A stretch of DNA of 64,000 bases from Curvularia clavata (Eukaryota): NCBI GenBank assembly GCA_023920165.1, contig CP089274.1, forward strand, positions 620,001-684,000, in the 5' to 3' direction. Positions 37,513 through 49,417 of the stretch are shown piece after piece; the stretch's first letter is position 1; each line of letters opens with the position of its first letter. Position numbers and translations under genes: made by a program. The notes under the pieces were generated by a model. It ran no database searches, was not told where the DNA came from, and was given only the letters and a program-made list of their open reading frames with translations.

Positions 37513-37718
37513 ACCATGGGTGTTCTGTAGCAACGAGAAGTTGGTCCATTCTAAGAGCCCATAGCACTTATGTATCATTGATGTTCTAATAAGCTCAAGC
37601 AAGGGTACGGAGTCACAGGCAACCTGTACGATTATTTAGAGCACCTTTGGCGATATTCATTGCCAAAAAATTAGTTCATATTGGTGTGCACCCGTCGCTT
37701 TCGAGATTTTGCTCTTGA

Positions 37719-39302
37719 CTACAGTGCCCAAACTCTCTGACCACCCCTACTGTCACTTCTCTCAAGCCGGTTCATCCTCCCGTACCACAGCCTGAGCACT
37801 GTCGCAATACCTGCAACCAGAAAGCTACAGCCCGCACACACAAAATTTCCTGTGGGATACCCACTGTTCTTTTCACTGTTCTTCCAGATCCACTGCGCGA
37901 TGATCTGTCCAATGCCTGCACAAGAATTATGCAAAGCGATAGCCAAGGGCAAAGTAAGGAAGCTGGGCGAATTGCAGGTAACCCAGTTTGTCATTGAAGG
38001 TGCAGCTGGGAACGCTCCAGCAGCAGCCATACATAGACACCCGTAGCGTTGAACATAGGCGTCTGCGGGAAGAAGACCAGCAGTAAGCCATCCTGTGCCA
38101 CCGACCAGCGATGCAATAGTGATATGCCAGCCACGAGCATTGAAGCGATCGGCCGAGTAGGATATAGCAATTGCGACGAAGAATCCCACAACCCATGGTG
38201 GGACGGTCAAGAGCTGCGCGTGTATAGACTGGTAACCTAGGCCTGTAACGATGGTAGGTGTAAAGAAGGTGAAACTCCCCTGGGGTACTACATCCGCTAC
38301 GTACGCAACGTAATGCAGCAACATTCTCGGGCTGAAGCACGTATCCAGAATCTCTTTTCTACTGGCATGCTCCTGGTTGTAACCGCCTCCTCGCTCGGCC
38401 AGACGGTCGATAGCGAATTTCTTCTCTGCAGCACTCAAAAAGGATGCCCGAGCTGGGTAGTCTGGTAAAAAGAACCAGACAAGGAAAGCAGAAAGCAAGG
38501 TTATGATCCCTTCGATGATGAAAAGCCACCGGAACCCTTCTAGACCTGCGGCTCCATTGATGTGGCCGACACCGTAGGCAATGGCGCCGCCGAAGGCACC
38601 TGCGAGGTTGCAAAAGGCGATTACAAGGGCGATGCGGACCGCGCGTTCATTGTATCGGTACCATATTGTTATGAAGTATACAATTCCTGATGTCATGTAA
38701 TCAGTTGTACAATTCTCAGTTTGCGAGTGACTAGAGTACTGTACCTGGAAAGAAACCTGCTTCGAAAGCTCCAATGAGGAATCTCAGTGCGATGATAGTA
38801 GCGGGATTCTGTACGCCGGCGAAACCAATGGTAAGAGCGCCCCAGGAGAACAGAAGGATACCGAGCCATCTGGAAGGCCTGATGTAATGTTTCATAACAA
38901 AGTTACTTGGAATTTCGAAGATAGCATATGCAACGGAGAAGAGTGTCACTGTTAGAGCGTAGCCGCGCGGTGTCAGGCCTGTGTTGCTGAGCATATCGCC
39001 TCCTGTTTCTTCGTTGAGTACACGGGCGTTGCCGATGTTGCCTACAATTGTTTAGCATGTAACCCGGATACATGATATGGCGGTTTTGGGGGGTATAGCT
39101 TACCTCGATCAAGAAAATTTAGAAGATAGACCCAACAGCACAACGGTAGCACCCGTAAGTCAAGACGCCGATTGAGCTTCTTGTTGTGCTTCTGGTCGTG
39201 AAGCTCAATTTCTCCATGCTCCTGCAATGTCTCATCTTGACGTTTAGTAACATCAAAATCGACGTCTTCAAGATGTTTCGTTGAATCTTTTTCTGGCACC
39301 AT
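37719..39302 (-). CDS. MFS transporter (Dal5/Tna1 anion:cation symporter family)
   Basis: RRLDLRVLP, LNFLDR|GNIGNA, EIPSN, RFLIGAFEAGFFP and WLFIIEG. Introns 39103..39042 and 38744..38687. Confidence 0.9.
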
Positions 39303-39864
39303 CTTGACAGGTTCCTTAGCAAGATGCTATGCTGTTGAGAACGTGGTTTAGGGTTCAAGAGACTCTATTATACTGGCTGCGATATCTGAGTCCGGGAGAA
39401 ACCAGGCTATGGCCATTTTATGGCAGTATCGAGATACCATACAGCAGTGCTTACCATTCTCGGGTATGCTAACGGCTCTACCCCAGATGCGCGGGGTAAT
39501 ATCCACATCACACAGCTGTGCGGCGCTCATTTAAGTGATGATCTACGATACTCGAAACTAATCACAGACAGTGTCGGCGTTATCGCCGAGAAAAGAGGAG
39601 TTTTGGGGTACGGTATCAATTGTGTTACCGAAGGGATTAATAGTTGCGTCATGCATGCAGAGCAACTACAAGCGGGGGCGTCCGACTTCTACTCCCAACA
39701 GCGACTACGTAAACATAGCCTTGATATCTGTAATTGTAACGCTCAATGGAATGTAGATGTTCTACTCATACAAGTAGTCTAAAGATACACTAAACTTCGC
39801 AAGTGCGTCCAGTTAAGCGGATGTTAGAAGTGATTTTTTGATGTTTTGAAATCACCGTTCTTTC

Positions 39865-39983
39865 ACATACGACCATAGGCGAAGTATCAGACTGGATCCC
39901 GTCCGATTTCCACACGTCAATCCTTCGACCGGTGGGCTAGTAGTCAGGTGGGTGACCACTGGCGAATCCCCGCTGTCGTATGT
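39865..39983 (+). rRNA. Dispersed 5S rRNA gene, divergent type (119 nt)
   Basis: ACATACGACCATAGG...TCCCGTCCG...TAGTA...GGTGGGTGACCAC...GCGAATCCC...GTCGTATGT. Terminal 9-bp helix is perfect, and a T-run follows. Confidence 0.9.
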
Positions 39984-40012
39984 TTTTGTAGATTTTTTGG
40001 TGTTTTTTTTTT
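39983..40012 (+). terminator. RNA polymerase III oligo-T terminators of the 5S gene
   Basis: T5, T6 and T10 runs directly after the 5S 3' end. Confidence 0.75.
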
Positions 40013-40372
40013 AGTAAAAGCAAATTTCAAGGTACAGACTCCAGCACGGCATGTTGAGAGATCTTTTTTGACGTTTAGGTAGCATTTGATAGTTCAAAAA
40101 TTGCTTGAAATATGTAGTAACATCAACATGCAGACATTTATGTCCAGGCTAAACTCTTTCATTTTGGATTCTTTGAACATGAGCCGTAGAGAGCTCGCAC
40201 GCCACTAAGCTAGAGCAAGAGCTCCAAAAAAAATATATCTAGAAAGCATTGAGTGCATTCATCGCTATTACTGCGCCGTTAGATTAATTGAGGTTTTGCA
40301 CCAGATGTTTAAAACCTGAATAGCACGATGATGAGTTTGCCGAGATTAACCGCCATGGCTAACAATAGGCCC

Positions 40373-41158
40373 TCACTCCCTCACAAACTTTCCGAAGATA
40401 TGGAGACTATCTGTAGTCCTCCACTTCCCTGCAAGCCAAAGCCCTTCCCCGTCCCAAACGTGCACACCCAGCTCTTGCATGCCGCATTTTGCCAAGACAC
40501 GTAGACTAGCTGGATTTTCATCATTGACAATTGCTCTGATGAAGATTTTCCGGTAGTCGTCCCAAAATTGCTGTTCACGCTGGCAAACCTCAAGTAATGC
40601 CGTTACTGACTCAGTAGCGAAGCCTTTGCCCCATGCGGCTGGCAAGAACTGATAGCCAAGTTCCATTGTCAAACAATCGGGCGAAGAGATAGATTTCGGG
40701 AACATGTGGGCTGGTAGAGCGAGAGTATCCGGCCCGAGGGAACGTAGAGTCATGAGCCCGATGAGGCGAGTTGGGGTTTCCTCGTTCGTTGTAGCATTGC
40801 TGTTGGGGACGAGCAACTCATGAACAGCGTAGACGACACGATATGACTTTGCGTCGCCCACGCCTGCTATTTTCGGCAAAGCTCCTTTCATAACCTTTTC
40901 GGTATCTTCGATGGTCTTTGACCGACCATAAATGCTGTGAGTAGTTAGCATTGGTTTTTCTAAATGCTGGTTGCTGCTATGTGAGGCAAAAGAAGGTCCC
41001 ATCGACCGAGAGGAGGAGTAACTACTAACTACTAACCTCCACCATGTAGCCTTCTCGTCACTGCGTAGTTCGTGTAGCCACTCAAGTTCTTGACTGCCCC
41101 TCTCTGCTGTGGTGATGAGCGTCAACTTCAGGTGTGGCGTGAATACTGTTTTATCCAT
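40373..41158 (-). CDS. GNAT N-acetyltransferase (RimJ/RimL-like)
   Basis: ELGYQFLPAAWGKGFATE and NPASLRVLAKCG. Probable in-frame intron at 41036..40935. Confidence 0.85.
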   Translation of the reverse strand: MDKTVFTPHLKLTLITTAERGSQELEWLHELRSDEKATWWRLVVSSYSSSRSMGPSFASHSSNQHLEKPMLTTHSIYGRSKTIEDTEKVMKGALPKIAGVGDAKSYRVVYAVHELLVPNSNATTNEETPTRLIGLMTLRSLGPDTLALPAHMFPKSISSPDCLTMELGYQFLPAAWGKGFATESVTALLEVCQREQQFWDDYRKIFIRAIVNDENPASLRVLAKCGMQELGVHVWDGEGLWLAGKWRTTDSLHIFGKFVRE

Positions 41159-41891
41159 GATTGCCGGGTAGCTTGAAAATAGAATGAATCACATTTGATA
41201 TCTAGTAACACAAGACTTTATATAAAGGACGCCAGGCAGACATGTCGGAATAAATTGGTAGGTTTCTCTGCCCAATCGGCGTTCGTAAAACTCGGTAAGC
41301 GTTGGAAACAGTAAAGCGCCCTCGACATTTGGGTTAGTCGTTCCGAAGAACTAAGGTTATCGGTATAGATGAATAACGAACGTATGCAAATTCCAGAACT
41401 TCACAGCCGTGTTATCGGCAAAGCACGGCTCGCTTCATCAGATGAATCCTTACGGATATCCTTACTGTTTAAGGAGCGTAGCCATTTAGATCAATCAGAA
41501 CTACTTCTCTTTCATCCAGCATGAAGCTTCCAAATATTCTGACCTTTTCTGGTGACGAGGCAGAGACGAATGCGATGTCGCAGATTCAACACTGCTACCG
41601 CTGTCAACCTCGTTCAAACTGCCAATCTGTGGTGTTTCTCACTGCTTCTGGTACCTGCACTTCTGATCATTCGAACAGCCCAGCGGTCCATACAAATACA
41701 AGACATAGAAGAATCATTTTATGAGTGTAAAACTATCCAGTGCGAACAGACATCGCGCTGAAGCTATGTGTAGGTGATGTGACTGTCGAGGGGTACGCGA
41801 TACTCACTAGTGCAGTCGAGTCTTGGCATTCCCGAATCCCCGACGAACTTTTGGCTCCATCGCAGCCACCATCGATGTCTGCAAAGCCCCA

Positions 41892-42834
41892 ATGGCACAC
41901 CCACGATCGTTAATAGCTCCTTTGAGCCGGCTTACTGCCTCTTCAATTGCAGTTGCGAGACCCGAAGTCCCGCGCATTGCCTCGTTACCATACCAAACGA
42001 TACGATGCGCAACCACAAAAGCACAGCCTAAGAAAAAGAAGAAGGCGCGGAACACCTTCATACAATATGACTTGAAGAAGGCAGAGCAGTTTTCGCTGAT
42101 TGATGCGATGCAGTGAGTCACCCACTGGGTATTTTTAGGGCTACGTCAAGAGTCAGGGCTAATTGATGACTAGATATATCCGCGCCTTCGAAGTAGGCCG
42201 TAATCCCTCCTCCTCAAAGTATGAGATGCATGTTCGTCTGAAGACTCTAAAAAATGGCCCCGTCGTACGGAATCGCCTACGACTCCCGCACCCCGTCAAG
42301 ACCGACATAAGGATTTGCGTCATCGCTGCACCGGACTCAAAGGCTGCTGCTGAAGCTCTCGCTGCAGGTGCTACACTTGTTGGTGAGGACGATGTCTTCA
42401 ATCAGATCAAGGAGGGTGTTGTCGAATTCGACAGGTGTATATGCCACATCGACAGTCTGCAAAAGATGAACAAGGCGGGACTCGGACGAGTGCTTGGTCC
42501 CAAGGGCCTGATGCCCAGCACAAAAACCGGCACGGTGGTCACATCAGTGGGAACCAGTGTGAGGAACATGGTGGGCGGAAGTGAATACAGAGAGCGTCTA
42601 GGCGTGATCCGCATGGCGGTGGGACAGCTTGCATTCACTCCTGAGGAGATGCAGAGGAATATCAAGGCGTTCATGGATGCGCTGAAGAAGGACATAGCAC
42701 AGCTCAGCGATCGTATCGGCAAGGAGATTCACGAGGTGGTGCTTAGCTCGACCAATGCGCCGGGCTTCACTTTGAGCGGAGAGTTCAGAGGACCCAACTC
42801 GATAGCGCCGAAGGAGCTGAGTGGGCCTTTGTAA
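41892..42834 (+). CDS. MRPL1: Mitochondrial ribosomal protein uL1m
   Basis: Basic presequence. Intron 42113..42173 gives LIDAMQ|YIRA. Also LPHPV, RICVIA and LGRVLGPKGLMPS. Confidence 0.9.
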
Positions 42835-42913
42835 ATCAATAGCCTGTGGGATGGATGTATGAACAATGTACCATACCGAACGCCGTCGCTATGCTGGTGT
42901 CAAAGTTTGCCAT

Positions 42914-43842
42914 TTATGATGACTTTAATGTTTTGAGCACCTTGACTGCTTCTGCAGACTCCTCCATGTCTCCGTAAATTCTCATAATCTTCATAACTCG
43001 CCCTGATCCAGCTGCACCAGCTTTCTTCGCCTGTTGTAGAGCAGTACTTAGGTCCATCAACAAAGTCGTCCGCACTTTTGTTTTCCTAGTATTCTGCGCT
43101 GCGACAAATGGATGCTCACCCAATTCTTTTTCTAGCCCCAGAACCAATCGATACTGCACTACATTCCGCCTCAGCTTCGCGACGGAAACACTGTAGCCTT
43201 GTTCTTCGTCATCCTCCTCTTCATCCTCTTCACTATCCGAGACCTCTTCCGCGGTTGTGGTAGTTTCCTGGCCCGGTGCCTCAATCATGAGCTCAGCCTC
43301 CAACTCCTTGAGCCGGGCATCGTAGTCTATGAGGCGCCTTCCGACTTCGATTTTGCGCCTGACGTCGCGCTTCTCTTCCAGCAGCTCCCGTACTTGTTCC
43401 TCCCTCGAGCCCACCAAACCCAACAAGCCGTCGAGCTCTTTTCTGAATCCCAGCAAGCCCACTCGGACCTCTTCTACTTTCTCCTCCCCGCCATGTAAAC
43501 TATTTCCTAGGTTCAGGAAATCCTGGTAGTTGGAATTGACGAGGTCGAGAAGCTCTTTAGAGAGGAGCTGGGATCGCGCGCGCAGTTCTGAGCGGAGGTC
43601 CTCGAGTGTTTGGTGCCGATTATGCAGGGTAGAGAGATAGCTTGCGGGAGAGAAATCGGGTGTGAGGAAATCTGAGCGGCGCAGTGGAGTCGCAAAAGGT
43701 AGGGTGGAGATGTTGTCGTCGTCAGAATCCTCGCTGGAGCCGGAGCGCGAGTCGTCGCCGAGCTATGACAGCGTGTTAGTCGCAAAAGCTTAGACCTTGG
43801 TATTCATTGTAGGATACGTTCACATACGTGGAATTGACTCAT
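42914..43842 (-). CDS. COG2: Conserved oligomeric Golgi complex subunit 2
   Basis: MSQFH, intron 43827..43763, then FSPASYLSTLHNRHQTLEDLRSEL...ELLDLVNSNYQDFLNLG (COG2 N-terminal domain), continuing into the 182-aa ORF. Confidence 0.82.
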
Positions 43843-44176
43843 GGCTGCTGTGTGGGTTCCATTTACGCGCTCGTGGGGTGCTGGTGTTGCCAGAAGTCCA
43901 GATAAACTAATCGATAAGCTTCGGAACCTGGACCGAGGTGTCGGAACAGGGTGCAGATGGTTGGTAATGCAATGCCGATTAGCGGCACCTCTACGTGGGG
44001 CAAAAGCACGTAAAGTGCATACGTCAGGTACTGGTTTCTTTTCCTTTGACTTCGTGATCGTGATTCTCAATACCTCTGTTCATTCCTGTTAGTTGATTGA
44101 AAGATTCCGGCTGTGTATACACTGGCTGCCCCGACGCCGATAAGAGTACCAGAGTATTGCGAATAGTTCTAGTACA

Positions 44177-45520
44177 ATGCCACCGCAGCCAGACCTCCCT
44201 GAGCCAGCGCACCCAGAAGTCGATTCGATGCTAAGCCGCAAGTTTGGAAAGGAAGTAGCCAATTACTTCTCTGGTACAGCACTACATACTCGTCCTATCT
44301 GGCCCATGGAACCCTTATCGCTAACAAAGAAATGCAGGGTCCCCGTTGAACCGCGTGGGCTTCCTCCGTCCCGACCACCAATTCATCTCCTCTGCGCTAC
44401 ACCACCCTTCGACTACGTTCCTTCTCTTCAACAAGCTCGAACCCCTTGTTAAGTCTGGCACTGAGCTTGCGCGATGTACCTTTGCGGATGTGAAGCCCGT
44501 CATTGGCGAGAACCCGTTTGAGAAGTCCGAGGATGAAGTCATCGCCCAGTACAACTCGTCATTGTATGTACCGCAGATAATATTCTTGGGTCTTGATGAG
44601 AGAAAGGAGGGATTCAAATACAAGGATCACTACAAAGGCCAGCCCTGGTTTGCAGTAGATGTCACGCCGCAAGAAAGCGTCAAGGAGAAGGCTGAGGAGT
44701 TGATCGAAAAGATGAAAGCACAAGGATTGGACTTCAGCAAGGGGAGGATGCATTTGAGTTTGCCAGCCGAAGAAGGTATGCAGATACTGTTTCCCAACGT
44801 ACGCAACGACCTAGCAGCTAACGTGCACCAGCGGCCATCTATGCCGAGGCCCGTCACCTACTCGACTGGAACGCGCGAAACCCCTTCTGCGCCTCGTGCG
44901 GATACAAGACGCTTTCTGTAAACGCTGGCTTCAAGCGTACCTGCCCACCAAAAGACATTGCGTCCAGTGTCAACCAAGGCGAGCGCCCACCCTGCGCAAC
45001 ACGCACAGGTATCTCTAACCTCTGCTTCCCGCGTACTGACCCTACCGTCATCATGGCTGTAGTGTCAGCTGATGGCCAACGGATTCTGTTGGGTCGTCAA
45101 AAGCGCTGGCCGCCCCATTGGTACTCTACTCTTGCTGGATTCCTCGAGCCAGCCGAGAGTGTCGAAGAGGCTGTTCGCCGCGAGGTCTGGGAGGAATCGG
45201 GCATTCATCTCGGTCGTGTGGTGATTCATTCTACGCAGCCTTGGCCTTACCCAGCTAACCTGATGATTGGCGCTGTTGGCCAGGCCATTCCGGATGGAGA
45301 GACTATTCATCTGGGACATGATGCCGAATTGGAGGACGCGAAGTGGTTCACTACTGAGGAAGTCAGGGAAGCACTGCGCGTGGGTACTAGTGGTCTGGGA
45401 GAGGAGGCAGGGCCAGAATACAAGGAGGGTGGACTGAGGCTACCGCCTAAGACGGCGATTGCAAACCAGCTCATGTCTGCTGTTGTGAATGGATTTGCGA
45501 GCGGGAGCCCGATGATCTAA
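44177..45520 (+). CDS. NPY1: NADH pyrophosphatase (NudC-type Nudix)
   Basis: Introns 44274..44337 and 44776..44831. FCASCG, FPRTDP, Nudix box AGFLEPAESVEEAVRREVWEESG and TQPWPYP. Confidence 0.92.
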
Positions 45521-45558
45521 GTTTGCAGATTCGTTGGTCGTGGATAGAACATGAACAC

Positions 45559-45590
45559 GTAGATGTAGACGTAGACGTAGATGTATGTAT
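45559..45590. repeat. Imperfect (GTAGAY)n microsatellite
   Basis: gtagat gtagac gtagac gtagat gtatgtat in the NPY1 3' region. Confidence 0.6.
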
Positions 45591-45750
45591 AGGAGGGCGG
45601 TCTCGGTGATAGAGGCACGTATAGTTGCTAATTCAGCAATTAGATCAACCGTTTGGGAGAACTGGTCATAAGTGTACTGAAATCATGACATGCACCGTGT
45701 CATGTGTTTGTTTACAATATGGTACAGATTTTTGAACGTAGTCTTTAGGA

Positions 45751-46662
45751 TCATGAATCGGGCGAGAAGCTAAAGCCCAACGGCGCAAGGATCTTGTCCT
45801 GCACAACCTTGTTCGCTACTTCGCCGCCTCTTTCGAGTGCCACCGCTCCGACAATGGCATATAGTGAAGTCATGAGAACGGATTCGATACCAGAAGCTTG
45901 TAGGTTGTCCGCCTGTTGTTTGTTAGCTGTGAATCTGCCTGCCCAGACAATCGCTACATACCCTCTTAGGTTTCCATCGAGTGACCTTGTCCAGCCCATA
46001 TCGCTCTGCTATTGGTGCTAATCGTGACTTGTTAAGCACTAAGCTCTCTGCCTCGTCTGTCAAGCCTTGCAGTCCATTCAAGGCGGGGTGGAGGTATGGC
46101 TTGCGACCATATTCGTCGTTCATCGGGACGCCGTTCGAGTCCCTGGGCCACTGATTCTCTTGCGGGGAATTTATGAGCGCTTGTGATGTTTGCAGTTCGA
46201 CGATCCTCCGTCCTGGCCTTGACGTTAGTTTCCTGCATGGCCAGCTTCTCCGAATGCCCACATACCCAAATACGCCAGCCGGTCATTGAAACCTCTCTTT
46301 CCATGCTCAAAGCTTTTGTGTGTCACCGCTAGCCATTTGACCTCCTCTCCAAGCACCTTGTCACCTCCAGGACCCAGCATGCGCACATAGGCATCGTCTA
46401 ACCGCTTGGGATCCTCGTTGACCTTGAAAACTCCGCCTTTTGCTTGAGGCCGTAATCTAAAAGGAGCCACCATGCGCGGGGGTGTCTGTTGCCATCGTGG
46501 TCGGGTTGCAGCGTCTGTGTCGGATTCTGGTGCCCTGACTGGTGTGGTGGTCGAAAATGCGCATGCGGAGGTCCGCACAAGGGTCGCTTTGGATGGTCGC
46601 GCTGGGCGAAGCGACGACGAGGCGGTCGAGACGAATGACTGGAGCGGCCGCTTGGAAGCCAT
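45751..46662 (-). CDS. MRPL15: Mitochondrial ribosomal protein mL57 (RNase III-like fold)
   Basis: KWLAVTHKSFEHG..GFNDRLAYLG and LYAIVGAVALERGG. Introns 46265..46213 and 45961..45913. Confidence 0.85.
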
Positions 46663-46876
46663 TGAGGCGGTTGGTATAGTCGAACAAAGTGGAGGGGTCC
46701 GATTGGGGCGGCCAGTCCAAGCGCTGATGCTGGCGGAGGTGAAATCATCGAAAAGTTGCGGCACGCGCATCGCGCCTTACCGCAAGCACACTAGCCCCAG
46801 TCGCGCATCTGTTCCTCCCCCATCTTCCCTCTCCGCTGCGCAACCTGTCCCCTTGTTATGCCTTCATAGGGCCAGT

Positions 46877-48631
46877 ATGACCAGACTTGGGACCTCCGGG
46901 TCATTGGAACAGCTGTTGGCTGAACAGCTGCCAAAGGATGTATCCATCAACTTCTATCATTACTCCACGCCGCCCTCCAAGTCGTCCGCCCTCTTCTCCG
47001 CGCCTCCCCACGGCAAGTCCGAAAAGACATATTGCGAATCCCATACCTTGGCTGCCGCTATCGTTCCCAAAGACGCCCCAGCCTCAGGAACACCTGAAGA
47101 ACTCCTTGTGCTTGCCATTGAAATCTTGATCTACACTACCAAAAACTTGACCACCATCTTCGTGTCCAAAGCCGATTCGACGGGTTACATATCTGAACTG
47201 CAATTACCGCGCTCACAATCGTCGTCACCCTTGAAAGCCATTTGCCGTACCTTTATATCCTGGCTCGCAAGAGAAAGGCAGCGGGAAGGCAAGAAACTTG
47301 TCATCTCTCTTTTCGCAAGGGCACAGGACCAGTACCTATTTCCCGCCAGCATCGAGAACAAGAATAAACATGTCCTTGATGACAGGGGCTTGATCAAGTG
47401 GTGGTGCAAAGTACTTGACCCCATTATTTGGGAATACAAGGTTGAGGGGGACCGAAAGCCCTTTCCTCAACGCCTGGTCGAGGGCGAGTCTACCAAGACG
47501 GAGAGTGCATCAGCACAATCAGAGTCCACGGCAAGGGGCTACCTAGTGATACCTGGCTTCGAACCGTACGATACGCTACGATATGCCCCACCAAGCCCAG
47601 TGCCGAACGCGCCTCGACGGTGGACTGCCGGGCATCCCCTCCTCCAAATCGCCCCTCATCCTGCTGCTCCACCGCGTTGCCTCGTTCCTCATTTTCCAGA
47701 CGACCCAAAGGCTAGGTTTCTTGACGAGCTGGACGAGGAACTTCCTGATCGAGGGACAGATGCTATGGTAGCTGATGGAGGTACACCTTCGAGAAGCAAC
47801 GGGCAATGGAAGAGCGTCAAGACACTTGATCAGTTCTGGGAGTTTATGGCGTTTAGACAAGAATGCTCTTCGGGCCGCATAGTAGGCTTCATCTGGGTTG
47901 TAATTACGCCACCGAAACCTTCAATACCTGAGGAAGATGAGAATACGCTGTCGCAGCAGTCCTTGTCACAAACGCCTTCCCAAAACAAAGCCCAGGAAAG
48001 TACCTCTAGTACCAAACATCAAAACACAGGTCGGCGGAAGAAAGCAGCCAAGTTGAAGTATGGACCCATACCTCTTGTCCTTCCCAAGATCAAGTCAAGG
48101 GTATCAACCCTATCGCCGCCCTTGAAAGCGCGCAGCTCTGACAAAGTACTACCTGAAGTCAGCCCTTATTGGAAATGGCCTGTCTCCTCTCGCGGAACCA
48201 TTTGTCTTTCACTCAAGCAATATGACCGCGCACATGAAGTACTGTTACAGCAGACATTTGCCAATCGTAGCGCAGCAGCACGAAGTACAGCGAAATGGAA
48301 AAGGGAGATAGCTGTGTTGGGTGGCACAAGCAAGTGGAGCTTTACAGTGGTAGGAAGAAAAGAGCATGCAGCAGTAGACACCTCTTTGAGTACCGCAAGC
48401 AGCACAGCGCCGACTATCGTCATGGGTGTACGAAAGAAGAGGAAACCAGATGCTCCAGAGTCAGCAAATGTGGCGCAACAGGCGATTGAGCCAGTGCAGG
48501 AGTTAGGAGCTGCTACAGTCCGGAAGAAGGCAAAGACTGACTCAGGACCGCCGAATGATGCAAGTGCTGCTAACGGCGTAAATACCTTGACCGCTGGGTT
48601 AGTACGTAAGAAGCCCAAGCCTGAGGCCTGA
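46877..48631 (+). CDS. RTT109: Histone H3K56 acetyltransferase
   Basis: IFVSKADSTG, SLFARAQDQYLF, KHVLDDRGLIKWW, PHFPDDPKARF and FWEFMAFRQEC. Confidence 0.92.
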   Translation: MTRLGTSGSLEQLLAEQLPKDVSINFYHYSTPPSKSSALFSAPPHGKSEKTYCESHTLAAAIVPKDAPASGTPEELLVLAIEILIYTTKNLTTIFVSKADSTGYISELQLPRSQSSSPLKAICRTFISWLARERQREGKKLVISLFARAQDQYLFPASIENKNKHVLDDRGLIKWWCKVLDPIIWEYKVEGDRKPFPQRLVEGESTKTESASAQSESTARGYLVIPGFEPYDTLRYAPPSPVPNAPRRWTAGHPLLQIAPHPAAPPRCLVPHFPDDPKARFLDELDEELPDRGTDAMVADGGTPSRSNGQWKSVKTLDQFWEFMAFRQECSSGRIVGFIWVVITPPKPSIPEEDENTLSQQSLSQTPSQNKAQESTSSTKHQNTGRRKKAAKLKYGPIPLVLPKIKSRVSTLSPPLKARSSDKVLPEVSPYWKWPVSSRGTICLSLKQYDRAHEVLLQQTFANRSAAARSTAKWKREIAVLGGTSKWSFTVVGRKEHAAVDTSLSTASSTAPTIVMGVRKKRKPDAPESANVAQQAIEPVQELGAATVRKKAKTDSGPPNDASAANGVNTLTAGLVRKKPKPEA

Positions 48632-49417
48632 TAGTTGAGCTGAGATGCGGGTCTTTGATTGGCTTCTTGCATACTTCTGGAGTCAGCTTGGCATGGATTG
48701 GTCCGCGAATTGCATAGCGTTGGCGTTTCCCTTGACTTTTTACTTTTGATATCGATATAGTAATGCATATACCTCCTTGTTCTTCTCCTGCTGGCTCGCC
48801 TGTGGTGATTGGCCTGTCAAACGTGTCTTAAAAAAAAAGGCAGACCGCCCCTCAGCCCACCAAAAATCAAAGATTAAAAGAAGGACATTGCAGTCAGATC
48901 AGCGATTCAAACGCGAGGTCTCAAGCTCCAGAGCCTCGAGCTGCACGTCTCAAATCTAAAAAGTTAGTATGCATCCGAGGAACCTAAAACGCAGAACAAC
49001 AACAGCGTCTTTAATAAGCCTCTACCTATTGGGCAACCAACAACAGGCAGAAACATCTGCATGAAGTCGGCAAGTGATGAATACACAAATTACGTTCTAC
49101 GATTCATGCCAGCCGGGAACTTTACCTAGTATCCTGCGCGGACTCTCTGCAACAGGAGTAGCGCGCAGGCAATCTCACCGGCGGTGACGTCGGAACAGGT
49201 ACAACTGTCCTCCGTCTTCTCTGTGGTACTTCGGAGTTACTCTCATCCCTTTCCCCCTTATGCCACAACAACCAAGCTGGTGCGGATTATAGTCGTTCAG
49301 AAGTACTCGCGTGGTGCTGGCTTGGCAGGCTTTCGAAACTCCGCAACCTCCGAACCTCCGGCGCTGCGAGATTCGTCAACATCCCACCCTTATACGGTCA
49401 CTACCACAGTTTTGCGC

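Noticed and set aside
46472..46876. N-terminal extensions of ORF-track calls (RTT109; also GH2, AIM25 and the glucosyltransferase)
   Set aside because: They start at non-ATG codons or overlap the neighbouring gene; downstream ATGs fit better.
16094..48631. HAT2 and RTT109 (both acetylate nascent histones) in one window
   Set aside because: They are about 30 kb apart with unrelated genes between; no evidence of a cluster.
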